A stretch of 63,640 nucleotides of DNA, the filler included, from Atractiella rhizophila (Eukaryota), in the NCBI GenBank assembly GCA_021432655.1. It is 10 parts of 10 records of this genome, joined end to end, with 100 filler letters (N's around TTAATTAATTAA, not from the genome) between each part and the next. Parts side by side here need not be neighbours in the genome. Positions count along the whole stretch, not along the records: positions 6,728 to 13,331 come from MU272283.1; positions 13,432 to 20,012 come from MU272284.1; positions 20,113 to 26,692 come from MU272285.1; 7 more parts are not named here. One strand, 5' to 3'. The notes under the pieces were generated by a model. That model was not told where the DNA came from and ran no database searches. It saw nothing but the letters and a program-made list of their open reading frames with translations. Within the stretch, counting starts at the first letter, position 1; each line of letters opens with the position of its first letter. Below, piece by piece: positions 10,253-22,691 of the stretch. The position numbers were made by a program, and so were the translations under genes.

Positions 10253-12616
10253 ATGTATTCTGAGGAGGTATATTCGAGTTCCGAGTGTGCACAAGCGAGA
10301 GAAGACGAGATCACTGTCCTGGAAGTGAGCTTTTCGCTTCTCGTAATATCATCCTTTATGCAGACTGTGTCTGATGCATCTAATGTTCGTTCTGCAACGG
10401 TTCCTGAATGGATAGTCTATATTCCCCGATCTTCTAACAGTTCATTCCACTTTATGCAGACTGTGTCTGATGCATCTAATGTTCGTTCTGCAACGGTTCC
10501 TGAATGGATAGTCTATATTCCCCGATCTTCTAACAGTTCATTCCACCACTTCCCTCACTCTTAACATCCCAATCAACCTCCCTTCTGCGATGTCATTCTC
10601 TTTCGTCTCGTCTTCACTCTCGCCCATTACTTCAACCTCAGCCACAAACATAACTTTGGATACAGATACTAAGACACCAAAGGACATAAAATACCTTCCT
10701 CCCCTCTGCCTCCATATCGAAGTGCGAGACGACTACCCTGATAGATTGGACTTCGACGAGATCTTATCAGATGGAGGCAGCTGTGGAGGGAAGTGGAGGT
10801 TGGAAGGACAGTGGGAGGTGCAGGGGCTGAAGTGGGAGGAGATCCTGAGGGAGGGACTCGGTGAAGGTGTGTGCATCATCCTCCCGCTATCTCTCTTTTC
10901 AGTTTCCTATCGACTCTAAGATGTATATGCACCCGAATTGAGCCCCTCACTATTCGGAATCAATAAAGGGAATTCCCCTTCAACTATGAATATTGTGAAT
11001 CATGATGACCGGTGCAGTGAACACTGGACTTGGATCTTTTATTCTTTAATATTCTGTTGATCAGCTTTTCTTTCTAATCATACTCTCTCTGGAGAGCAAC
11101 AAACCAAAACGAGCCGCGCTCTCCTTTTGCAGACATGAATACAAGACACCAGCGTCTTACTGACTATACCTTCCTCTAGCAGTTGCTACACCTGTCTGTG
11201 ATACTTCTTAACAAAACACTCACCATCTCGAAACTACAGTTTATGTACCGGGTTGTCCCACGATATATAGTTTATCCGACTGGCTCGTATCCACCATTCC
11301 AGCACGGTTTGCCTCCCTCCCTTCCCCTCTCCTCATTATTCCGCCAACAAAACCAGACTCGGCAACGACCTCAAAAGCGGATCTTTCTGCAACAGTCGCC
11401 GAATACGACAAGAAGGCTAGGCGGGAAGCGTTCATGGCTGAAGCTTACGAGTGCGAAATTTGCCTTTTGGAAAAGATGGGAGCAGAGTGTCGGGCACTCA
11501 GACATTGTGGATGCGTGTAGGCCCTTCCGTCCTGTTTCTCTCGTAAAGATCGAAATAGCCCATTGTGTGGTCAGGTTTTGCGAGGAATGCCTCAAGTCGT
11601 ACTTCTCGCTTCTCATCACCGAAGGCTCCATCCAATTCGTGTTTTGTCCATCTCAAAAGTGTACAGAAGAGCGCACGGCGTGGGGAAAGACTCAGCGGGC
11701 TATGGAGAGATATCCGAACCAGGAAGGATTGGCGAAAGTCTCAGAGTTGGATATTGGACCAGGTCGTGTTGAAGCAGAGGAGATCGAGGAGATGTTAGGG
11801 GCAGAAATGAGGAACAGGTTAGATCGATTAAAAGAGAAGAGGTTGGTTGAAAGCGGTTTGTTTTCTTTGCCTTCTTCCTTCTGGTCAGGCATTAAGTAGG
11901 GGGCGAGGTAGATCCAACGAATTGCTATTGTCCGAGAGAGGTATGTCAAGCTCCAGTGCCGAAGGATAAGGACTACGAGCGGTTACGCATATGCCCCTCT
12001 TGCGTACGGTTCTCATTTTGCTACCGACGGCTCTAATCCGCGTATGAATGAGCAGTCTTTCTCTTTCTGCATATTCTGCAAACGCGTCTGTTCGTCCTTT
12101 CCTCCCTTTGTGTGCACCCCACTGATTTTTCATGTTATAGACCACGGTGTGAACCCTTGCAAAATAGTTTCATCTGGGGACGGTATCGTCGGTCAATATA
12201 TCGCGGCCTCCGATCAAGAGAAACGCGAACTCGAGATTCGATACGGAGCTGGAGTACTAAAGAAATTGGTCGATGCTCATCTTGAGGAGAAGGCGACGAA
12301 TGAATGGATCAATAGCAACACACAAAAGTGTCCCGCTTGCCTTAGTGCCATTCAGAAGAGCGTGGGATGTAATCATATGGTTCGTCCTCTCGTCTGTTTC
12401 CCTGTGCAATTGACAGCCGTGGTTCCATAGACCTGTTCGAAGTGCTCGAAGCATTATTGTTATCGCTGTGGAACATCTCTGAAGCCAGAGAATCCATATG
12501 CGCACTTTTCCTTGCCTGGTCCTTGCTTTCAAAAATTGTTCGATTGGGAAGATGTTGCTCGACAACGGATTGGTATGGATGCAAATTGGATACCGCCGGA
12601 CGAAGACCAATTTTGA
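10253..12616 (+). CDS. ITT1: RWD-domain RBR (RING-IBR-RING) E3 ubiquitin ligase, RNF14/Itt1-like; multi-exon
   Basis: Spliced model: REDEITVLE|SIFP and LPPLCLHIEVRDDYP (RWD); CEIC...HCGC..FCEECL...CPSQKC (RING1); YCPREVCQAP...CPSC..FSFCIFCKR..HGVNPC (IBR); KCPACLSAIQKSVGCNHM|TCSKCSKHYCYRCG (RING2). TGA at 12614-12616. Confidence 0.88.
10354..10546. repeat. Perfect 96-bp tandem duplication spanning the intron 1 acceptor of the RBR ligase gene
   Basis: 10354-10449 is identical to 10450-10545. Confidence 0.95.
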
Positions 12617-13331
12617 CTAAATAGTCATCCATTTACTTGTACACTCGCAATTGTGATGTCTCCTCTTATGCACCACACTTCAGATTTGGGATCATTGCCC
12701 AGCTTATATCGCATTTGTCGAATTAACGTCAGAAAGTTCACTCGAGACGTTCTTGTCCTGCGCCGTCGGCTCGCGATATGAAGCAGCCAGGAAGCAGCGA
12801 CATCTTTCATCATTCAGGATGATGTAGTCAACAAGTCAGATTTATGGCAGGTTTGAACTTTGCCTTCAGTTGCATGGGATTCATTAGTCACTTTCCAACA
12901 GTTCCAACCACAGCAGTGACCACAAAGAGTTCTTACTGAAAATCTTTTAGGAGATCAGAAAGACTATCAGTTGCACCCCTTGTCAACACTCGCCAAATCG
13001 ATGTACTCGGGCTCTAAATGTTCTTCATTTGCATATTCTATTCCCAGCAAATGGCAGAGTCACACGTTAACATCGGACAAAGTTTCAAATGTGACTGACC
13101 TAAAACGCTCCCGCACCAGCTCCCGTCCCCACTCTTCTCCATGAGGACCACAGATTTGGAGCAATTCCCTACTCTTCCATCCATGACTTGGGGAACACTG
13201 CGTTTCAAATCATGGGAAAGTTGCAATGGAGCGGAGTATTCACGATCGATTACCAGTGACGAAATGACGAGACGCTTCACAGTCCCTGCATATGGATAAT
13301 AAGTATCTTAGGTTGCCGCTTATGTATTAAT

Positions 13332-13431
13332 NNNNNNNNNNNNNNNNNNNNNNNNNNNNNNNNNNNNNNNNNNNNTTAATTAATTAANNNNNNNNNNNNN
13401 NNNNNNNNNNNNNNNNNNNNNNNNNNNNNNN
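13332..13431. other. Artificial scaffold linker
   Basis: N44-TTAATTAATTAA-N44. Confidence 0.98.
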
Positions 13432-13814
13432 TTCTCCTTCGTTCCTATCCCCTCTGGCGGAAATGAAGGTCCCTGTCATCAACCTCCATCCTGCACTCCC
13501 TGGTCAGTTTCCGGGGACAAAAGCTATTGAAAGAGCATGGAAGGCGGGGAAGGAGCAGGGGCTGAAGAAGACGGGTGTGATGGTACATTATGTGGTGGAG
13601 GAAGTTGACGCTGGCGAACCGATCGTGGTTGTCGAAGTGGAATTTAGAGAAGAGGAGCCGCTGGAGGAGTTGGAAACGAGGATGCATCAGGCAGAACATG
13701 TCGCGATCGTGCAGGCGACGAGGAAGGTGTTGGAGGGATTAGTGCAGGACACGGAGAAGGGTGTGTACACTTCTTTCGTATTGAATTACATAGCTCAATA
13801 ATCAAGGCGGATAG
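13432..13814 (+). CDS. ADE8: Phosphoribosylglycinamide formyltransferase (GAR transformylase), 5' truncated
   Basis: INLHPALPGQFPG, TGVMVHYVVEEVDAGEPI and LETRMHQAEH are PurN/Ade8 catalytic motifs. There is a probable last intron from ~13760 to 13806, so the 3' end is approximate. Confidence 0.9.
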
Positions 13815-14039
13815 ATCGTTGACATGCATCGACCAAAAAACCCCCTTGCAGCGTTCAAGGGCTAAGGAATATATCGATCAGTGCTTTTCATCATGTAAAT
13901 TGGATATAGAGATTGTGAAAACATCATTTCAACACTGTGCAAGAAACAAACCACCATCGGTACATTTCAACTATAACATCCTTCAGACACATTTGACATC
14001 AACAGATACAAGTCTTCGTCTCTCATCTCAGCTGTCAAG

Positions 14040-16000
14040 TCAATACACAGGGAAATCCGGCTCCACAACACTCCAACCTCTCAACCCTCCTCTCAAATCC
14101 AACACCTTCATGCCCTCTCCCACTCTTCCCTTTTCATCTGTCCCCCTCCCTGAGTCTGGATCCGAATTCGCTTTCGCCTTCCGATGTTCCCTCACAGCTC
14201 TAGCGGCCAGTAGAGAATCGTTGCCTCTCCGACAAACGAAAACGATATCCTCGCCCTCATTCTTATTCTCATCCTGAGCAGAAGGGGAAGGAAGCCCAAA
14301 AGCGAGTTCGGGATCCCTCAACAATTGTGGGAAAGGAATATCTGTTTCTCGGTTCAGTTCAAGTTTACGCTTACGTTTAGGTAGTAGGATGAGGAGAAAG
14401 AATGAGTGGATAGATGGGACGCACTGGTTGATCCAGGAATGGAGCAAATGCTGCTCTCGATCGAAGGACGGACATCGATTATTCTGGTCCTGCGCAAAGT
14501 CTTCTTTTCCTCTTCAGCATCAAGGGATGTGGAGGCGGCTAGTCGGGATTTAAGCTCCTGTGCATTCAGAACCACAGCAGCATCAGAGGAGACGTAAGAT
14601 CGGCGATCGAAATAGAGTGAGTGAATGAGGAGGACGCACGAAGGGAGAAATCCTCTCATCCGTTCCCTTCTCCTCCACACCACAATACGTATCATCTCCC
14701 CACTCCACCCCTTCATCAAGCCACCACGCCCTCCTCCCCTCTCCACAGCCAACACATCCCTCCTTCCTCCCCCTCAACCTAATACTCCTGAACGGACTCC
14801 CCCTCCCCTCTCCCTCCAAATCAAACGAATAGAGCAACATCCTCCCTCCCTCTCCTCTCCCCGACAACATCTTCAGAGCTTCTCCAGCCATGAGCGTCCC
14901 AATCGTCCCCGTCACAGTCCCCACCACTCCCTCGTCCTCGCACCTCCCACTCCGCTCCCCTTTCTCCGGATCAGGCCCAGGAAGTTCGGGAAACACGCAT
15001 CTATAACACGCTCCCTCGTCAACTGGAACGTTCCAACAGACCACCCATCCCTCAGTACCGATCGCAGCGCCGCTGAGGAGGGGAATACGGTGGTATGAGG
15101 CGAGGTCGGAGAGGAGGTAGCGGATGGGAGCGGCGTCGGTGCAGTCGATGATTAGGTCGAAGGTGGAGAGTGATGGGAAGGAGGAGGAAGGGGAGCGCAG
15201 AAAGGAGGGCGTGAGTGAGTATGGGAGTGGGGTGAGTGTGATGCTGGGATTGAGAGCGGATAGGTGCTTGGAGGCGGAGAGAGCCTTGTTGAGACCTAGT
15301 GTTTGAGTGGTGTGAAGAACTTGGCGGTGCAGATTTGAGAGGTCGACGGTGTCGCCGTCTAGGATTGTGATGTTTCCTTCAGTAAAGATATTATCAGCAA
15401 CATGACAGTGCGATTTAGCCAAAGTAAAATCAGTCGTCTAATCTTCGGTTCATGGAATATCTCAAAAAAGGACGCAGTGTGAGATGATGCGTCGCTTCTT
15501 CACTTGCAATCAGGACATATTCCTAGATCCATCTGACTGGCAGAGCCCTCATATGTCAGCAAATGAGGCATTTCTCTGACAAAGTAAACGAATAGCGTTC
15601 TTGCAGCGGTAACAGATCAAAGATGCTCGTCGGCCACTCACCAACTCCGGCTCCAACAAGGTACAGGAGTAATGGACATCCGAGCCCTCCAGCTCCCACG
15701 ACCAGCACCTTTGCATTTCTAAGCTTGGTCTGTGCTACCGGACACCACTGCGTCAGTATTTGGGAAAATGAAAAGAGGCAAGGACAGACAGTCGAGTCCG
15801 AAGCCAGGTACGATCATCTGTCGTCCATAACGTATATATTCATCTTTGGCAAGCGGCCACTTCTTTTCAGTTCCATCCCCAGCACCGACTTCAGCAGCTC
15901 CAGAAACTTCAGATGGCAGAGACTCGAGTTCGGATTGGAGAGCAGTGAGCTGCGAGCGCAGGGAGGAGATCTGAGCTTCGATCAGAGCGCGTTGTGACAT
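14040..16000 (-). CDS. UBA4: Adenylyltransferase/sulfurtransferase Uba4/MOCS3 (ThiF + rhodanese); multi-exon
   Basis: [51 protein letters not shown] and CVGC, then rhodanese IIDVRP...VCRRGNDS...[18 protein letters not shown]. Confidence 0.95.
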
Positions 16001-16351
16001 GGTCGGTTTGCCAGGCGGTTATACTTTGATGATAAATCAATACAACAAGGTGTTATGGGCGGCGTCCAGGCTGTGCAGATGTTGAGCTGTAGAAGTCTGG
16101 TTTAGAAGGTGTTGTTATGCATCTTGAAGCTTGCAACTTCAGACCCTTTATATGGGAATATTGATGGAAATGGAGCTGTGAGATTAGTGACTGCAGTAGG
16201 CTGAGATGGAAATTGGCAGTGATACCTTCTTTACGCTTTTGGAAAAAGCGGCACGAGTGTGGATATCTAAATTCTTATTGAGAGACTGGCTTTAATATAC
16301 AGATCATAGTTCAGACTTTCTCGCCTCATGTTCTAAAGAAATGAAGCGATG

Positions 16352-17707
16352 TCAACAAGAACGGCGATTACTCATGAACCGATTCGCTCTAAAACAGTGC
16401 AGTAAGAAGCCGCACCAGTCTGAAACTTGATCAGCAAAAGGACTCACAGCAATTGCTATGCTAGGATTTTGAAGCTCGGGACAAAGTGATTTTGCACCAA
16501 CCCATTTCAGACTAACCTCGACCTTCGACTTTTTCAAAGCTTCAACCACTTTGAAAAAATCGTAGGTATAACGAACGGCGCCCGGGAAGATCGAGACTGT
16601 GAAATGCCTAAGGAAAGGCCATCGCTCGACGTAAGCTAAAAGTTCAAACGTTTGTATTGTGGCCGATACCCCTGTCCTCGAGTTATCGGGCCACCTGGTT
16701 GTGTCAGAAAAAACGAATCTCTGAATCATAGCAGCGGCGAAATAGTGGATGACAGTTTGGACATCTTCCAGCATGGAACCTGAAAAGCAGTCCCAAAGCT
16801 CCAAGGAATCCAAAAAGAGCGCCGTGCACCGATCCGGCCATGCCCTGTCGCTAAGGTTCACGTGATGAAGGCTGAGGCGCTTCAAGGAAAGGCGGCAGAG
16901 ATGGAGGAGTTTGTGTATATGAATGCCTCGCATTCGGGGATTCCCCTTCAAATTAAGCGTGTGAAGGAATATTGAAGGTGCTTTGGTTAGGACATTTAGA
17001 TAAAAGGTAGACATTGAGTGACCAGACGAAATGCTGAGCTCCTCCATGCCGTCCAATTTCTGTCGAATCGCTCTTCCAAAGTAGGGGAGATCCACGCGTC
17101 GTAGTGCAAAACAAATATCGTCGCCCCAATAAGTTGGATCGCAAAGATGTTCCAAAAATTCCACCTCCGTCTCGTTCACAGGCATCAAGCCAGGAGGAGC
17201 AACTATAGCAAGGTCGAAGGCCGGGTAAGCGCACCACGCAGGTTTGGGGTAAGGTCCAAATTTGGGATGAGGGTTGTTCAATGGTTCCCGTGGAGGTGGC
17301 ATGCCTTTGGGACGGAAACGTTGGATATGAAGTGATACTGAGGGATGATTTTCAACATCCAGCAGCAGATATTTTCGAAAATGTTGGATAATCATTCGAA
17401 AATTCGAAGCTGAGGTGGTTGCAATAGCTGAGGCTTCTTCCCGAGTGCCCAAGTAGATATAAATGTTGATTTCTTTTGCATACTGAACATAAGATCGAGG
17501 CAGGCAGAGAAAAAAACTGGTCGCATTCCAGTCGCTTGCTGCCATTTTCATCGTTCGAAACATGGAAGGAAGGCAAAGCCCACGAAGACGCTTGTTTGCC
17601 GATCCTAGAGCTATTCTACCTGCTCTTCCGAGCATGGATTCGATTAAGAGTAATAGTTCGTTTGGCAAGCCCGTAAGAGATAGGGGAGTGCAGATGTTCT
17701 GCGACAT
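16352..17707 (-). CDS. F-box protein (lineage-specific, LRR-like C-terminal region)
   Basis: N-terminal LTGLPNELLLLIESML...LGSANKRLRGLCLPSMF matches the F-box pattern. The ORF is long and uninterrupted with LxxLxL segments. ATG at 17707. Confidence 0.7.
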   Translation of the reverse strand: MSQNICTPLSLTGLPNELLLLIESMLGRAGRIALGSANKRLRGLCLPSMFRTMKMAASDWNATSFFLCLPRSYVQYAKEINIYIYLGTREEASAIATTSASNFRMIIQHFRKYLLLDVENHPSVSLHIQRFRPKGMPPPREPLNNPHPKFGPYPKPAWCAYPAFDLAIVAPPGLMPVNETEVEFLEHLCDPTYWGDDICFALRRVDLPYFGRAIRQKLDGMEELSISSGHSMSTFYLNVLTKAPSIFLHTLNLKGNPRMRGIHIHKLLHLCRLSLKRLSLHHVNLSDRAWPDRCTALFLDSLELWDCFSGSMLEDVQTVIHYFAAAMIQRFVFSDTTRWPDNSRTGVSATIQTFELLAYVERWPFLRHFTVSIFPGAVRYTYDFFKVVEALKKSKVEVSLKWVGAKSLCPELQNPSIAIAVSPFADQVSDWCGFLLHCFRANRFMSNRRSC

Positions 17708-18479
17708 CGCGTTGTCTCTGCACCCCTTGATTGTTCCTTTCTGGGTCATAAACAATCAGTTATGGCTACTGGCAGGGAAAAAAAGGAGCACCTGCAAGCG
17801 GGGAGCACGCCACAAATGGTGGTTGATTGCTGGCTGCCTTTTTGGTAATTGGGGTGGAAGCTTTTGGGTAACAAGGGAGGCGTCCATCCGACCGTCATGG
17901 ACGATATTCGTTAAAGTTCATCGGTAACTGTAGGAACAAAAAGAAAGTGTTGATGTATTATTTCGAGGACGACTGCTCCCACCTGTTACTACATGTCCCA
18001 ACAAGCAGAGTCGCAAGCTGGCAAACGAAAACGGTATCGACCCTTCTTCAAGGATTTATCTGCTCATCAACAATCAACTTAGGTAACGCAGTCTCTAAAA
18101 TAGTTATGGGTTACTTCTCCTCGACATCAACTTCTTGTTTCCTGGCTACTGCTCGTCAAAGTTTTTCCGAAAATGAGACCAATATTAGGCTGGAACTACT
18201 GGTGTCGAGAAGTAGGATGTTGGGTTAGAGGAGATTGGCATATAACTGGTATCGAAAACTGGTATCGATACAGTGAGTGTTTCAATATCTAGGTCTCAGA
18301 GGGGTTGGAACATCCGCGGCAAGGTATTCCATGCTACATAAATAACACAGGAACCTCTCTATTGCGAGTTATTCTGACTATACACTCGCTGTAGAATTAT
18401 TTATGATGGGCAATTTTGGAGTAGGTCTAAGTAGGTGCCCGCAATACTGACGGAAAGGCCGTTCAAGGCAGCAATAAAG

Positions 18480-20012
18480 TCATATTTTCAATAGCAACAG
18501 CTCTGCGGATAGCATTGCATCCCATTCGTAGATCCTTCGTTCATGCATAGCTTTTATGGTCCACAAAAGCCTGCGACATCGCGCTTCCACTCTGACATTG
18601 CAGAATCCACAACCGACAAACTGCAAACAAGAAACGTGGTGGGACGCGTCATTATCTGAGAGCGGCAAACGAGACGCTTCTTCGGAACAATCATGTAAAC
18701 AGCGAGTATTCACTTCGTGCTGGACACGAGCGGCTTTCCTGAGGATGAGCGACAACAGCCCATCCCAGAAACGGCGAGGCAAACTTGTCGATGATAAACA
18801 GAGCATAAAGTCTACTCCAGTTTGTGTGCGACCTCCCACGGTGCTGGAGAACATTCTCTCAGCTCTGATATTCATGTCCGCACCACTCGCCACCTCGTAG
18901 ATATCACCTAAAAATTGACAAACCGTGTTCCTCTATTTTCTCGTCTTCCTCTATTTTCTCGTCTTCCTGCCTCCCACCTCATTGATCCACATACACGAGG
19001 GACACAATAAGCTGCACAATAACCCTTCTCTAGCCTTCTCTCGCATAATGAGCTGTCGAGATCCACTCTACATGCTCCAGGGTTTAAGTCAGTCTTTCTC
19101 TCACCCTGAAGGTTGCTTCCGCAGATCAGGAATGCCTCACATGCTCAAACAAGCTGGGGGCTTGTTTAGCCTGTTTGAATGACCACACGATTCTGTTACC
19201 TTTTAATTGGCATACGGTTTCTTTGCTCGCTTACCTAGTTCGTAGGGAACCGACATTGGCACTGATGAGGAGGAGGAATATCAAGTTACATATCCACAAT
19301 ACTTAGTATTTATGTAACTGCTGCGTCCATCCGTATGTTCGCACTCAGGAATGTTCTACACTAACAGGTTGATAACAAACTGGCTCCATGATGCCGAAGC
19401 GTGCTCGTGAAAATTAATCGGAATGATAAAATGTCAAAACGTTAACAATCGCTAAACAGAATCAGTCGTTTGTGTGTCGTGCTATGTCTCTCAATCCTAA
19501 GATAAGCAATAGCATACAGATTTGATTCTCATAGAAGGCTTTTGGTAAGATTCCTTCCAGTGGGCATAACATTGGTCACAACCTCGAAGCTTTTGAAATG
19601 AACATACTGAAACTTGGCCTCCATACTTAGCACATTGATAATTACAATAGGATTCCATTAGTGCTGCTCTATTGCTGCAAATACTATTCCAGCAGATTTC
19701 AATGGAGAAAGCTGGAATGTCAGCAGTCGAACTATATTCCCATTTCCACCATAACACAGAACAACACAACGTACTTCAACTTGATCCTGCCTCGAGCGAC
19801 CCAGCTACCCACACTGCTAACGAAGCGTAATGGAGATCTGGACGTCTTGTTACTCCGATGATCCCGCGACTCCCACATCTCCAAAACCTTCTACGCTCCA
19901 TAGCCGGACTCCAACTGCCCCTCCACCAATACACCGTCCTGAGTACATTCTGTAAATACAGGTTGTGGACCCGCATTATTGTAGATTTTCGCTGTCAAGA
20001 GCTGCACATTAG
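18480..20012 (-). pseudogene. Possible decayed ankyrin-repeat gene
   Basis: Ankyrin-like scraps lie in different frames: PDLHYASLA (~19830), CAKYGGQVSVC (~19620), FLGWAVV (~18760) and SGADMNIR (~18880). There is no continuous ORF. Confidence 0.25.
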
Positions 20013-20112
20013 NNNNNNNNNNNNNNNNNNNNNNNNNNNNNNNNNNNNNNNNNNNNTTAATTAATTAANNNNNNNNNNNNNNNNNNNNNNNNNNNNNNNN
20101 NNNNNNNNNNNN
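20013..20112. other. Artificial scaffold linker
   Basis: N44-TTAATTAATTAA-N44. Confidence 0.98.
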
Positions 20113-20184
20113 AAACTTTTGTGACGACGATGGACCTCCTGCATCTGCCCACCGTTAGAGACGACGACCGATTCCACGACGAGC

Positions 20185-21421
20185 ATGGCTGGATCGACTG
20201 CTGTGTTGGAGCAGGGGAAGGACCGTGAAGTATGCTCTTACGAAAAGGTTCGCTTCTGCTCTCTCCGTCGTGTTGGTCTTCGGGTGGGGTGCTCGTGATA
20301 TTGATATTTTGGTCATTCCTGTCATGCGCGTGTGCTGGACTGGGTGTAGTGGCAGAAGGGCATCCAACGCTTGCCTTGGGAACTCAAGTTGCAGATTCTG
20401 GAGGCGACAGATGATTGGGAGGTGCGTTCTTCCCATGCTCAAACCACGCGTTGGGACTGATGGAACGTGCATCGGGTGGATAAAGTTATGCGAAACGCTG
20501 GCAATTCCCCATCATCTACCTATAACCACTCCATGGTTGGAGCTCTCCACCGCTCTCGACCGTGCCATCCTCACCGCTCGCACTTCCTCGTGCCGTCGAA
20601 AACTCGAGGAAGGGGCAACCACTTTCACCCGCTGGGGAGTGATGGTCATGGTCCGATTCTCCTACCTACACCTTCTATCCTTCTTCCACTCTCGCCTCCC
20701 TGCCCTTCTCTCCCAATTGTGCGAGCACGAATGCCTCTTCTCCACCCTGGCCTCAGCGTGGAATCGAGTCGGAGTCTTGGAATGGGGTAAACGAGAAGGC
20801 GTAGGCATGAACAATGTCGGTGTACAAGCGATGGACGAGGCGAGTCGACATGGACACGTGGAGATCTTGGAGTGGTGGAAGAACTCAGGATTGGAATTGA
20901 AGTATTCGGAGCTCGCACTGAGTAACGCGACGACAATGAACCAAGTCGAGGTCCTACAGTGGTGGAAACTATCAGGCCTCCCGCTCAAGATCGCAAACGT
21001 CCTCGATTTCGCCCTCACCTCCCCCGAACCTTTGGACTGGTGGAAATCCTCCGGTCTACCCGTTAAATACACCAAAGCCGCACTCATCCAACTCTCCGTT
21101 AAAGGCAACCTCCTCCTTCTCGATTGGTGGGCATCAAGCGGTTACGAGCTTCTCTATGACAAGGAAGTCCTCATGGCGGCGACGCGACAGTGCAGGGTGG
21201 AAAGTTTGCAGTGGTGGCTTGAGAGCGGGAGGAAGATCTGGTTTCGTTGGGCGGATGTGGAGGAGGCGATTGAGGATGCGATTGGAGGAAAGAGGGAGAG
21301 GGAGAGGACGGTGACATGGTGGAGGGAGAGAGGGTTCGATAGTGACGGGGGTGATATGAGGGAATGGGCCAAGTTGAGATCGCTTGATTCCGAAGGATCA
21401 CCCTCGCATGACGTGGGCTAA
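20185..21421 (+). CDS. Ankyrin-repeat protein with an N-terminal F-box-like segment
   Basis: Spliced model MAGS...SYEK|WQKGIQRLPWELKLQILEATDDWE|LCETLAIP..., then repeated AMDEASRHGHVEILEWWKNSGL, ALSNATTMNQVEVLQWWKLSGL and VLMAATRQCRVESLQWWLESG units. Stop at 21421. Confidence 0.8.
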
Positions 21422-22691
21422 ACTGCTTACATTGCTTACTGTTGGTTGCACATTTAAAAGGTTAACTCACTTTTGAGTTTGTTGGCATTTCGTCTGCTTT
21501 TCGTTCAGTTTTGTATTGTTGCTAATGGTTAGAAAGAAGGATGCAATAGACTGAAATCTGATACTTGGGCTATGTACAATTCATCCACTATTTGTGAACC
21601 AAGTTCCTCTCCTGAGTGAAGAAGTACCTCAGCTTAAGGAGAACCTGATTGGAAATGAGACCAAAGCACTGCATGTCCTTTCCATTTAGGCAGCCTACAA
21701 CTTTGAGATTTTTATCGAATATGTCAAAGGCAAGAGGACAAACCAAAATCATGTCAAGAACTTAGACCGATATCATGAAGGGCTTGTTGATGGCACATTT
21801 GTGGATGGAACGAGGATTCATTGCAGGGATTTCTAGACTACAACTGTCCCTGTACCATGTCAACACGAGCGAAGAGAAACAAATCACTAACCGGTGGTCA
21901 TATTCATCTGTTTCCAGATGCTAGTACACGATCCCCCATCCCAATGTGTCTGGAATGCCGGATGCTCGATACCATCAGCCCGATTCCCTCACAGAGTAAG
22001 AAACGAACGAACCCATCGGTGATGCTTTTAACTTCCGTGAGAATTAGGAACCTGGACGTATTGATGGTTAGTAGAGCGACGTGGGCAATTAGGAATACTC
22101 ATCTCTAGGACCATGTGGCCGTCAGGTCTCGAATTGAAATGATGAGCTATGTCTTCGAAGCGATAAAGCGCGGGACTCATCTTTTCTACCTTCCACCGGT
22201 GCCTTGAAGCAATCTAATCAATTGAAGACAAGTGAGAAAAGGCATCAAGACGTACGACGGTTTTCTAGCATGTTAAGATTCTCTTTCGAGGTGATGGTAT
22301 CCTACCCCTGCTCCTATTGTCGCCTGCCAAAACGGAGGAGAGGGCGAGGGCAACTCGCAACGATTCATCAGCGTCAATGGTTGGACACTAGTTGTCGGAC
22401 GTCCATCGGGTACCTATAACGTTAGCACAATTGAACCTGCCCCATGTTAGTTCTGAAGAATAAGTTAGGAAGCGCGCAAGAGAGAAAACAAAGAAATAGA
22501 GAACCAAAAGGAACCAAAATCTTAAACATAGAAACCAAAACAGAGGACCAAGAACCGAACTGCACCAGAGAGAATCAATCGCAATCAAAATAAATAAGAA
22601 TAAATAGGCCAAAAAGAGAAAAAAGAAACACGAGTGGTCAACCTAGGCGGCGACAACGTTGACGAGGAAGCACGCGGGGTCTGATGATCGT

